From NCBI GenBank assembly GCA_016213405.1, contig JACRAM010000006.1:29731-93730 (forward strand): DNA of 64,000 nt, in the 5' to 3' direction. Below the pieces are notes generated by a model. That model searched no databases. It saw only the letters and a list, made by a program, of their open reading frames with translations, and was not told the DNA's origin. Positions within the stretch are counted from its first letter, which is position 1. Every line of letters starts with the position of its first letter. Of this stretch, positions 28,046 through 36,982 are shown one piece after another. Source of the stretch: Bacteroidota bacterium (GTDB lineage Bacteria > Bacteroidota > Bacteroidia > Palsa-948). The translations under genes were made by a program, and so were the position numbers.

Positions 28046-29170
28046 TTAATAATGCTTCTTTCTATTCAGCATTCGATAAACTTTGTATATAAATTCAAGT
28101 TTTTTCTTATCGTTGGGATAGTCCTTGTATGTTTTTGGAGGCAACATCATCATTGCATCAAACTCATCAATGGTTATTCCCAGTTTTTTACATATATATT
28201 CTTTTTCTTTGGCTACATTGCCCGGGTCATAGGGTTTTTTAGCCAGTTCCAGCAAAGCTTCCTCACGCGTGATTGTACCATCGCATATCTTTGAGGAAAA
28301 TGTTACCAGACGATAATCTATTTGAAATTTTTCAGGTAAAATATATGATTGCACAAATCCTGTGAATGTTGATTCATGATGTTTTTTACCATAATATTTC
28401 CATCCAAAATTTTGTTCAAGAATTTTTATTGCATCTTTTTTGCTGTAAGGGAAATAATTCAGCAAATAGATAATTCGTATGCCCTTTACATATTTGTAAT
28501 ATATTTCACTTAAAGCGTTAAATGCGGGTAAGGTTTTCAATTTTTTGTTACCAAATTTTTTGTAAATGGCTTTTACATACTTCAGGTCTTTGGCATTATA
28601 ATGCCAGCTTTTTGGAAGAATTCCTTCTGTGGCATAGTTGCCCCCGCTGATTATGTATTTAATATTATACGTTGCGGCAACTTTATGCAACACTTCATAA
28701 ATTGCAATATCAGTGGGAGTTTCTATTTCAGGCACTGATGCTTTGAAAAATGCTAACTGGATGTTTTTAAATTCTTCCCAGTCCAGAATGTAATTTTGAT
28801 AGTTGAAACCTAATAATTCAATAACTTGTTTTATGTTATTAACTGATATTTCTGAATCCCAGCCGTTATCCATGTGTACAGCCAACACCCGTAACCCAAA
28901 GGTTTTGGAAATATAGGCAGCGTAACAACTGTCAACTCCTCCGCTGATTCCCAACACGCAATCGTACTCCTTATTTTTGCCTGATTGTTTGATCGTATCA
29001 ACAAGTTGAGGCAGTAGGTTATTGTTGTTTTCTGTTTTATAGGGCAAACTGGAAATATTTTTATAATTTTCCTTGCAATGATTGCAATAACCGTTTTCAT
29101 CAAATACAATTTCAGTATCTGATGTGTCCATCACACACCTGGTGCATTGCTGATATTTTCTGGCATCCAT
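28046..29170 (-). CDS. N-acetyl sugar amidotransferase (WbpG-like, PP-loop ATP pyrophosphatase)
   Basis: N-terminal Cys-rich CTRCVMDTSD...CNHC, then LGISGGVDSCY (SGGxDS PP-loop); 374 aa. Confidence 0.7.
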   Translation of the reverse strand: MDARKYQQCTRCVMDTSDTEIVFDENGYCNHCKENYKNISSLPYKTENNNNLLPQLVDTIKQSGKNKEYDCVLGISGGVDSCYAAYISKTFGLRVLAVHMDNGWDSEISVNNIKQVIELLGFNYQNYILDWEEFKNIQLAFFKASVPEIETPTDIAIYEVLHKVAATYNIKYIISGGNYATEGILPKSWHYNAKDLKYVKAIYKKFGNKKLKTLPAFNALSEIYYKYVKGIRIIYLLNYFPYSKKDAIKILEQNFGWKYYGKKHHESTFTGFVQSYILPEKFQIDYRLVTFSSKICDGTITREEALLELAKKPYDPGNVAKEKEYICKKLGITIDEFDAMMMLPPKTYKDYPNDKKKLEFIYKVYRMLNRKKHY

Positions 29171-29395
29171 TTGGACAAAAATACTTTAATTCTTTCCCCG
29201 ATGATAACTATCGGGGCAGGTTTCTGAAATTAAAAATTCCTCTCAGCCTGTTCCTAATTAACGGAATGTATAAGAATTTGGTATTTTGATGTTTAAAAAC
29301 AATTTGGTATTAGTTTTTATTTTGCATTGCATTGCGGATTAATGTTACAAACATAGTATCATTATTTCTGTTATTGAATTTAAACCCTGCTTCGG

Positions 29396-29434
29396 CTAAG
29401 TAGGAATAATGATGCTAAAAAAGGGATTATTCAT
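29396..29434 (-). pseudogene. Relic of a GT2 gene 5' end (MNNPFFSIIIPT-stop) duplicated from the 27997 start region
   Basis: 29397-29441 is about 89% identical to 27961-28004, which holds the real GT2 start MNKPFFSIIIPTYN. The copy reads ATG AAT AAT CCC TTT TTT AGC ATC ATT ATT CCT ACT TAG on the minus strand. Confidence 0.6.
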
Positions 29435-30539
29435 TATAAAGCTTTTCCAGATCATTTATCATTCGTTCCAGATTAAATTTCTGAACAAATTGTTTTCCAT
29501 TGAGAGCGATTGTATTTGCCAAATCTTTATCAGATTGCAGACGAATCATTTCCTTATAAATTTCGTTTGAGTTTTTAAAATTAACCACAAGTGCATTTTT
29601 TTCATGTTCGATGAATTCGCAAGCAATTCCTGATAATGTAAAAACAGAAGGCACTCCTGCCGCCAATGCTTCAATGTAGGTTTGACCGAATGCTTCGCAT
29701 AATGAATCAATGGGAGTATGTATATAAATGTCGAACAGCTTATATAAAGCAGCCACATCTTCTTCAAATGGAATAATTCTATAATTTGACTCAGGAATAG
29801 TTTCCAACTGCTGTACTATTTGATTATGGTAGGGTCCATAAGCATTGGCTAATATCAATGTGGCATCAGGATATTTTTTTAAAAAATCTTTAAACGCTGG
29901 AATAATATATTGTATGCCTTTCCATTCAATGTAGCGGGCAATAACACCAATTCGTGGATGGTTGTCCGGAATATTCCATTTTAGCTTTATCTTGTTACTG
30001 TTTTTTATATCAATTGAATCAAAATGCCTGAGGTCAAACCCATGATAAATAGTTCGGATTTTTTCAGGGTTAACATTTTCAAATTCAACTAATGTTTTGT
30101 AAGTTGCCTGGCTGATAGAAATAATATGTGTAGCCATTTTATTGCACCATAAATCATATTTCACTCCTTTTGGAAAATACCGACGATGGTAGGTACTGTC
30201 GTGGCGGGTGTAAATTCTTTTTTTTATCCCACATAATCTCCCGGCAGTTAATGCAATTAAGTTCGCATCAAAAACATGCGTGTGAATAATGTCAGGTTTT
30301 AATTTGAGAAAGAACCAGAAAACTTTAATAAAGGCAGTAACAATATTTTGTTTTCCATTATAATAAATCCGTATAACATTTATTTTATTCTTAGTGAGGA
30401 AATCTTCAAATGAAGAATTCTCAATATTCAATAATAATACTGTCAATTCATATTTTTTTTTTAATTCTGATAAAGTCCACTCTAATCCAAGTGATTTATT
30501 GACATGAGAAATGATATAAATAATATGTTGTTTCGGCAT
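29427..30539 (-). CDS. Glycosyltransferase family 1 (GT4-type)
   Basis: 370 aa GT-B protein with ...EAFGQTYIEALAAGVPSV... (EX7E-like). Confidence 0.65.
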   Translation of the reverse strand: MPKQHIIYIISHVNKSLGLEWTLSELKKKYELTVLLLNIENSSFEDFLTKNKINVIRIYYNGKQNIVTAFIKVFWFFLKLKPDIIHTHVFDANLIALTAGRLCGIKKRIYTRHDSTYHRRYFPKGVKYDLWCNKMATHIISISQATYKTLVEFENVNPEKIRTIYHGFDLRHFDSIDIKNSNKIKLKWNIPDNHPRIGVIARYIEWKGIQYIIPAFKDFLKKYPDATLILANAYGPYHNQIVQQLETIPESNYRIIPFEEDVAALYKLFDIYIHTPIDSLCEAFGQTYIEALAAGVPSVFTLSGIACEFIEHEKNALVVNFKNSNEIYKEMIRLQSDKDLANTIALNGKQFVQKFNLERMINDLEKLYNE

Positions 30540-30542
30540 GAA

Positions 30543-31406
30543 TTATCGGGCTATAATATCATAGTGGCAATTAGTGAAATCAGTATCAACTGAAACTGCC
30601 ATTCCGGATTCAGCGTTGGTAATAGTGCGGTATTGCAAACTGGAGAGAAAGGCAATTAATGCTTTTACGGAGTCACCCTGAACATTGAGATTGTTTTCAT
30701 CGACTTCAATGAATAATACGGGTTTGAATTTTTTTAACAGCTGTTCTGCTCCTTTAAGCACTTTTAATTCATAACCTTCCACATCAATTTTAATAAGATT
30801 TACTTGAGGGAAATGATTAATCTGTTCAATATCATCCAATCTTCTTATTTCTACAGTTTCATTTGCATTTTTTTTTTCAACTGCGATTCGATTTCCTCCT
30901 CGATTTGATGCAGCGCGCACTTCTATCTGCGCTTGTTGAGGAATTTCTCCCAGTCCGTACGGCAAAAGAGTAACATTTGTCATCTTGTTTAATTCAATAT
31001 TTTTTTTGCACTGAATGAAATTATACGGATCCGGCTCAAAGCCAATAACCCTTCCTGTTTTGCTTAATCGTCCAAGGTTAAGCACTGTCCAGCCAATGTT
31101 TGCACCTACATCAATCACATAATAGCCCTCTTTACATAAATTAAAAAGCTGTGAAGATTCATTTTTAAAAGCAAAATAATACAGATAGCCCATCCAGTCA
31201 CTTATGTCAATATGCATAGTAATATCGTCTCTTGTAATTTTACGCCATGAAGGATGTTGGTATTGATAATAATTTGGCGCAAGTTTACACCAGAAATTAG
31301 TTGAGGGATTTCCCTTGGTTTTGCTCACAAGGAATCTTTCTAACGATGGTATTTTAAAAACATTTCTGAATAAATTTAATAAACGAGTTTTTGCTGGCAA
31401 TTCCAT
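30543..31406 (-). CDS. FkbM-family methyltransferase
   Basis: YVIDVGANIGWTVLNL motif typical of FkbM methyltransferases; 287 aa. Confidence 0.7.
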   Translation of the reverse strand: MELPAKTRLLNLFRNVFKIPSLERFLVSKTKGNPSTNFWCKLAPNYYQYQHPSWRKITRDDITMHIDISDWMGYLYYFAFKNESSQLFNLCKEGYYVIDVGANIGWTVLNLGRLSKTGRVIGFEPDPYNFIQCKKNIELNKMTNVTLLPYGLGEIPQQAQIEVRAASNRGGNRIAVEKKNANETVEIRRLDDIEQINHFPQVNLIKIDVEGYELKVLKGAEQLLKKFKPVLFIEVDENNLNVQGDSVKALIAFLSSLQYRTITNAESGMAVSVDTDFTNCHYDIIAR

Positions 31407-31408
31407 TT

Positions 31409-32329
31409 TTATTTTTTATTATATCCTTCAAAGATACTCACTGCCTGCAATGTTAATACCAACCGAAAATAAATTTTATTCGCCCATCTCGCATTGGGAA
31501 TTGATTTGACTAACAACATTAATAATGGCTTTATCCGAATAAAGAATCTTAAAACAAATTTCTTGAAAGCGGGATATGTAATTGCTAATTCTGAATAACC
31601 GATTTTTACCCCATGCTTTCTTGTTGCAGCTACTTCCTTCTGTTTTTTCAGCCATAATTCTATACTGTCAACTTTGTCAGCCTCATTGTGGTAAACCAAT
31701 ATTCTTGTATCAATCAAAAACCTCATTCCCATTTTATTTAACCGAACGGGGAAATCATAATCTTCAAAACCGCTATGCTGAAAACTCTCATTGTATCCGC
31801 CCGATTTTAAAAACGAATCTTTATCCATAGACAGATGAAAACTTGCTATCATCAGTGATTCAAATAGAGCATTGTTCTTCCAACGTGGATTTTTATACCA
31901 TCCCTTAAAATTTGTGAGGTTGTGTTTCAGCAAATACCTGCCAAAAGAGTATTCATCTAAATGGGCAGTTAGTTCCGGTGGATAAATCCAGTCAGGATTA
32001 ACACAAATATTTTTTTCTTGCCTGTGAACGGAGAGGGTTTGCTCAATTGTTTTAGTGCTGATAAGAATATCATCATCAAGAAATAACAACAAATCCGATT
32101 TTGCGATAGCTGCACCAGCATTTCGTGCGGAAGCCACACCGGATTTAACATTATCAATTAATATAATCGGTGCATTTATCCATTTTTCTATTTCAGGATG
32201 CGAGGTTTTAGAATCATTAACAACAATTATTTCAGCGTGTATATGCTTTATTGCGTTTACTGAATGTTCTAATGTTTTATAAAAAATATTTCCTCTTTCT
32301 TTGGTGGGTATGATGATGCTTAAATCCAT
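31409..32329 (-). CDS. Glycosyltransferase family 2
   Basis: MDLSIIIPTKERGN...EIIVVNDSKTS...LDDD. Confidence 0.75.
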   Translation of the reverse strand: MDLSIIIPTKERGNIFYKTLEHSVNAIKHIHAEIIVVNDSKTSHPEIEKWINAPIILIDNVKSGVASARNAGAAIAKSDLLLFLDDDILISTKTIEQTLSVHRQEKNICVNPDWIYPPELTAHLDEYSFGRYLLKHNLTNFKGWYKNPRWKNNALFESLMIASFHLSMDKDSFLKSGGYNESFQHSGFEDYDFPVRLNKMGMRFLIDTRILVYHNEADKVDSIELWLKKQKEVAATRKHGVKIGYSELAITYPAFKKFVLRFFIRIKPLLMLLVKSIPNARWANKIYFRLVLTLQAVSIFEGYNKK

Positions 32330-32383
32330 TTGCTATTTATTTCATAGAATAGTGTTCGCCAATATGGTAATTCCGTTTACAGA

Positions 32384-34354
32384 TTATTTCAAAAGAAAAA
32401 ACCGTTCACCTGTTTTTTCATCTCTTATTTCTCTTTTAATTTCATGTTCAAGGAGGGAGTCAAGGATTACATCTTTGGTAGTAATCAGGTAATTAATTTT
32501 ATACTCATGAATAAAATCCAAACGACTTAGATTTATATTTTTAAATTTTTCACTTGCTTTTTGTTTTTCGACATACTGGTAAAAAGGAGAACCTTTCAAA
32601 CTTTGTTCTTCCAAAGCCAATTGCCTTTTTTCTTTTGAAAATGGATAATCGTTAACAGAAATGCTTATAGGGAAAGTACGAGATTCAGTATAAGCCAAAT
32701 AATTTCCGATGGTTGTCATGACGGGAATATAACCAAAATCTGTATTTCGATAATATTCTTTGTCAAGCATGAATGCACCGTGTGAAGATAAATCCGGTGC
32801 TATTTTATTAATTTCTTTTAAAAAAATTATTGATCGTGTCTGTCGAAAGACCTCATGGGTATAAGTATAAAAAATACTTTGCAGCAAAGTGCTGAATATA
32901 ACAAAGGTGCCTATGTAAAACACCCCTTTATTATTAGGATTCTTTATAAAAAGAAAAAAAATACATGCAGCTATGCTGATTAAATTAAACATCGAAACTG
33001 AAATGTAAATAAATATAGTGACAGCAAAACCAGGCAGCGGATTCATGAAAGCCCACCCTAATAGAGAAAAAATCACTATCAGAGGAACAAATAGAATAAA
33101 AATATTATTTTCTATAAATATTTTAATTTTAAATCTGGTCAATAAGAATATAGTTATCATGATTGCTGGAAAATAAACCAAAAAAAGTTGAATGGTTGTT
33201 TTGCCTATGATGTTTATTATAGTTCTGAGATTGGATGAATCTATAATAGCCGGAATTAAATCTTTCAAGCTTGTAGGAACAACAGTAGGAGTATTTTCTC
33301 CAAATGTTTTATAAAATAGCCAGATGTAAATAACTAGTAATATAGCAGCAGCAGTTATATAGACATAAAAATCATTTGCATCCTTTTTATTCGATTTGTT
33401 TTTAGCAAAAATAAAGTAATGAAAAATTGGAAAAGAAAGAACAGAACACAGTATCCCGATTGAAGTAGTTATGTTTGCAACAGGCAAGCACAATAATGAA
33501 AGAACAGCGAGTTTATATTTATTATTAAGAAAGAGAAGTAGGGCACTCAAGAGGAAGATGTAAATAGGAAATAGTTTACAGTAGTTGAAAATATTTGCAG
33601 AAAACAATTCCGATGACTTTAAAAAATCTGCTTCCGAGAAAAATCCGAACCAAATCCCAGATAAGAACAAGAAAAAAAAGCATGCTGTTTTGTGATAGAT
33701 ATTTATTTTTTTAAAAAATGAAAATAATGCGACCAAACCAAACCATAGAATTACTGTTGCTGATGAATAGCTTACCAATACAAGGCATAATAATGGATTA
33801 ACATTGAAGAAACATAAACCGACATTAAGCCAAAGATCAAAAAAATGGTAGGGACTAACACCCATTTCATTAGCATAAATGAAGTTTAGAGAAGCATTTT
33901 CTTGACCGGTTTTAACTAAAAAATTTGAAAGATGAGCATATATTGTATAATCAATATGCGACACGATAGGAATTCCGCTAGAATTGTAAATGAAATAAAA
34001 TCTTAGTGCAAAAATCAATAATGAAATAATTCCTACTTCCGCGAATAAGCGCGGATAAGATGGTCTTTCAGAATCGCAAGCTGTTATATATTCTCTTTTG
34101 TTTTTGAAATAATCTATTAAAAAAAATAATGCTATTATAAAAAATCCACATTGAAGAGTTTTAAACTTTGTATAGTAGAGTGAAGTAATAATAACAAAAA
34201 CAATCATTCCTGAAAATAATTTTGTGAATGTATCCGTAGAAGAATATAGAATTTTTATTTTTAATAAATAGAGTAAGCCGTTTCCAATTAAATAGAATAG
34301 TAAAAGAACTAATAAAAGAAAAATGTAATAGTTGATAAAAATTGTTAGCATCAC
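32384..34354 (-). CDS. Large polytopic membrane protein (at least 12 TM) with C-terminal soluble domain; possible GT-C-fold glycosyltransferase/polymerase
   Basis: 656 aa, very hydrophobic N-terminal 470 aa, about 180-aa hydrophilic C-terminal domain; locus context only. Confidence 0.3.
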   Translation of the reverse strand: MMLTIFINYYIFLLLVLLLFYLIGNGLLYLLKIKILYSSTDTFTKLFSGMIVFVIITSLYYTKFKTLQCGFFIIALFFLIDYFKNKREYITACDSERPSYPRLFAEVGIISLLIFALRFYFIYNSSGIPIVSHIDYTIYAHLSNFLVKTGQENASLNFIYANEMGVSPYHFFDLWLNVGLCFFNVNPLLCLVLVSYSSATVILWFGLVALFSFFKKINIYHKTACFFFLFLSGIWFGFFSEADFLKSSELFSANIFNYCKLFPIYIFLLSALLLFLNNKYKLAVLSLLCLPVANITTSIGILCSVLSFPIFHYFIFAKNKSNKKDANDFYVYITAAAILLVIYIWLFYKTFGENTPTVVPTSLKDLIPAIIDSSNLRTIINIIGKTTIQLFLVYFPAIMITIFLLTRFKIKIFIENNIFILFVPLIVIFSLLGWAFMNPLPGFAVTIFIYISVSMFNLISIAACIFFLFIKNPNNKGVFYIGTFVIFSTLLQSIFYTYTHEVFRQTRSIIFLKEINKIAPDLSSHGAFMLDKEYYRNTDFGYIPVMTTIGNYLAYTESRTFPISISVNDYPFSKEKRQLALEEQSLKGSPFYQYVEKQKASEKFKNINLSRLDFIHEYKINYLITTKDVILDSLLEHEIKREIRDEKTGERFFLLK

Positions 34355-34363
34355 TTGTTGGAA

Positions 34364-35611
34364 TTAGTATTCTATTTTCCAATTTATATCGCTGATAAAA
34401 AATTTGTTGAATCGTTTGTCAGGTAATTCACCTGAGGGAGCAAACTTTATCGGGTCAACTGTTAACTGGAAACATTCGCGATATACTTCTAAATCTTTAT
34501 AGGCATTACCAAAATGCATATCAATATAATAAGTTCCTTCAAATAAAGTTAGGCAAGGAATGGACATTGAAATGCATCCGCTGGTCAAAGATATGGCTGC
34601 GATGTTGCCCGAGTAATGTTTGTTGTTTATTCCTAACAAGGGCGTGTTTTGATTGTCTTTAAAAATCAGACCCAATACAGGAAACTCTAATGAAAAAGAG
34701 GATTTAAAATGCACTTTGATTTCAAGACGACAACCCATGTATGCAGTTCCTGATAACTTTCCGTCACAAAATATCTCAATCTTTTTTATGATGCCGCTAA
34801 CGTTATCTTTAGCAGGCATAATGATTCCGGCATGCTGTGTGGATGCTGCTGCCAATACGGTTTGGTAATGATAGATCACATCTGTTGAAGAGCCATTTTT
34901 TGCTATTTCACCTTCATGTAAAAGAATGGATTTAGCGCAAAGATTTTCAACTGCTGCCATATTATGACTCACAAACAATACCGTCTTCCCTTCTTTCTTC
35001 GTAACATCATCCATTTTCCCTAAACATTTTCTCTGAAACTCTGCATCACCTACCGCCAGCACTTCATCAATCAATAAAATTTCCGGCTCAAGAAATGCGG
35101 CAACAGCAAATGCCAGCCGCAACTGCATCCCGCTTGAATAATGTTTCAATGGAGTATCCAGAAATTTTTCCACTCCGCTGAAATCAACAATCTCATCAAA
35201 CTTGTTTTGAATTTCTTTCCGATTCATACCGAGAATGGAGCCATTCAAAAAAACATTTTCTCTTCCTGTCAGTTCGGGATGAAACCCTGTTCCGACTTCC
35301 AGTAAACTTGCGATTCTTCCTCTTGAAATAATTTTTCCTTCGGTGGGAGGAGTTATCTTTGAAAGAATTTTCAGAAGAGTGGATTTTCCTGCTCCGTTCT
35401 TGCCGATGATTCCAATTGATTCTCCGGGATAAACATTGAAGGAAATATCCTTCAGCGCCCAGAAGTCTTCAAGCCCATCCCCATCCCTTCCCGAAGAGAA
35501 GGGAGATTTAAAAAAACTTGTAACACTATCCCGTAAACTTAAATAGGGTTGCTGTTCGTGTTGGATACGAAATTTTTTGGATATATTTTTTATTTCAAGA
35601 ATGGGTAGCAT
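34364..35611 (-). CDS. wzt: Polysaccharide ABC exporter ATP-binding protein (Wzt/TagH-like) with C-terminal carbohydrate-binding-type extension
   Basis: GKNGAGKSTLLK (Walker A), LSGGMQ-like YSSGMQLRLAFA signature, LLIDEVLAVGD Walker B, plus about 170-aa extra C-terminal domain. It carries an in-frame 26-bp repeat element near the N-terminus. Confidence 0.8.
   Translation of the reverse strand: MLPILEIKNISKKFRIQHEQQPYLSLRDSVTSFFKSPFSSGRDGDGLEDFWALKDISFNVYPGESIGIIGKNGAGKSTLLKILSKITPPTEGKIISRGRIASLLEVGTGFHPELTGRENVFLNGSILGMNRKEIQNKFDEIVDFSGVEKFLDTPLKHYSSGMQLRLAFAVAAFLEPEILLIDEVLAVGDAEFQRKCLGKMDDVTKKEGKTVLFVSHNMAAVENLCAKSILLHEGEIAKNGSSTDVIYHYQTVLAAASTQHAGIIMPAKDNVSGIIKKIEIFCDGKLSGTAYMGCRLEIKVHFKSSFSLEFPVLGLIFKDNQNTPLLGINNKHYSGNIAAISLTSGCISMSIPCLTLFEGTYYIDMHFGNAYKDLEVYRECFQLTVDPIKFAPSGELPDKRFNKFFISDINWKIEY
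35472..35505. repeat. Same 26-bp element plus GAGAAGGGA arm, inserted in frame in wzt
   Basis: agcccatccccatcccttcccgaagagaaggga forms a CCCTTC/GAAGGG hairpin; minus-strand translation is SSGRDGDGL within the Wzt N-terminus. Confidence 0.85.
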
Positions 35612-35683
35612 CTGCGATTAATACCCTTCGACTTCTCCCTCGACTCCGCTCGGGATGACATTGCTCAGGGTGACAATATGAAT

Positions 35684-36892
35684 TTATGAATACAGAAAGT
35701 CATTTAAGTGAATATGTTTTATGCCATTTATGTCCTTGGGAGCATATTCGTCTAATGAAACAACCATTTTAGGATAATTATCCTGTATAGCTGACAAATT
35801 TCCAAACTCCCTTTTTTTTACTTTCTCGTCAGAAATTAAATACGATGCCTGAATATACAATTTCTCCCCTTGTTTTTCACAAACAAAATCAATTTCCTTG
35901 TCCTCATCTTTCCCCACCATTACCTCGTACCCATTTATTTTCAAATGGATAAAAATAACATTCTCTATAATTTTTCCCACATCGGTATTTGAAAATCCTA
36001 CGATGGAATTCATGATTCCCCAGTCCTCAAAATAAAACTTTTCATTAACTTCAAAAATTTTTTTTCCTGAAATTTCTTTTCTCTTTACATTATAAATCAG
36101 AAACGCCTGCTTTAAATAATCCATATAATTCAAAACAATCTGTGGCGACATATTAATCCTTTGTGATTTGAGATAATCGCTTATTTTTTTTGCTGAAATT
36201 ATGCTTCCTACATTTCCTGCCAGGAATCTTACTAAGTTTTCGAGAAAACGGGTATTTCGGATTTGATGACGGGAAATAATATCTTTATAAATAATTGTTG
36301 TATAAATATTTTCGAGGTATTCTGAAATTATTTCATCTGTTTTATTAAGATTCCTGATAAAAGGAAGTCCACCCCATAACATATATTTTTTTAACGCTTC
36401 GCGGTTGTGCTGAAAATCATGAAAGAGCAAAAATTCGTTGTATGATAAACCATATACCTTAAATTCAATATATCTCCCGCTTAAATAAGTTGCCAGTTCG
36501 CCCGAGAGCAGATCAGCATTGCTTCCTGTACAGTAAATATCCAGTTTTTTATCCAAAGCAAAATGACGAAGCGCTTTTTCAAATTCACTTATGTCCTGAA
36601 TTTCATCTATGAATAAATAATTGCCAACTTTCAGTTTTATTAATTCGTTCACATACTTGACAAGGTGTTTGTAATTTTGAATATTTTCAAACTCATAATT
36701 TTCCTTATTAATATAAATAATGTTTGCGTGAGGTTCATTGCCCTTAATAATGTCCATTAACTGAAACAACAGGTAGCTTTTTCCAACTCTTCGCTGTCCG
36801 ACAATCACTTTAATGAGATTTTTTCCGATGAAAGGTTTTATTTTTTCAATATACCCGCTTCGGTTTATGTAAGATGGAAACTCAGATTTCAT
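35684..36892 (-). CDS. AAA+ ATPase of the AAA_14/DUF4143 family inserted between wzt and wzm
   Basis: VGQRRVGKSYLL Walker A, LFIDEIQ Walker B; the C-terminal about 100 aa carries a DUF4143-like acidic/lysine motif (EIDFVCEK). Confidence 0.75.
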   Translation of the reverse strand: MKSEFPSYINRSGYIEKIKPFIGKNLIKVIVGQRRVGKSYLLFQLMDIIKGNEPHANIIYINKENYEFENIQNYKHLVKYVNELIKLKVGNYLFIDEIQDISEFEKALRHFALDKKLDIYCTGSNADLLSGELATYLSGRYIEFKVYGLSYNEFLLFHDFQHNREALKKYMLWGGLPFIRNLNKTDEIISEYLENIYTTIIYKDIISRHQIRNTRFLENLVRFLAGNVGSIISAKKISDYLKSQRINMSPQIVLNYMDYLKQAFLIYNVKRKEISGKKIFEVNEKFYFEDWGIMNSIVGFSNTDVGKIIENVIFIHLKINGYEVMVGKDEDKEIDFVCEKQGEKLYIQASYLISDEKVKKREFGNLSAIQDNYPKMVVSLDEYAPKDINGIKHIHLNDFLYS

Positions 36893-36982
36893 GTATGAAT
36901 GAAATTTTACAAATATATGTAATAAGTTTCATGTACGAATGAAAGTGTAAAAAATTTCTTATTTCTCTGTTTCTTTTTCTGT

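Noticed and set aside
34161-34382. ORF 34161..34382(-) overlapping the end of the 656-aa membrane protein and the start of wzt
   Set aside because: It is embedded in very AT-rich, low-complexity sequence and overlaps two strong genes. It is considered spurious.
36893-36960. 16-codon uORF created by duplicated start region upstream of the AAA ATPase gene
   Set aside because: Too short and unsupported to call as a gene. It is noted only as a duplication signature.
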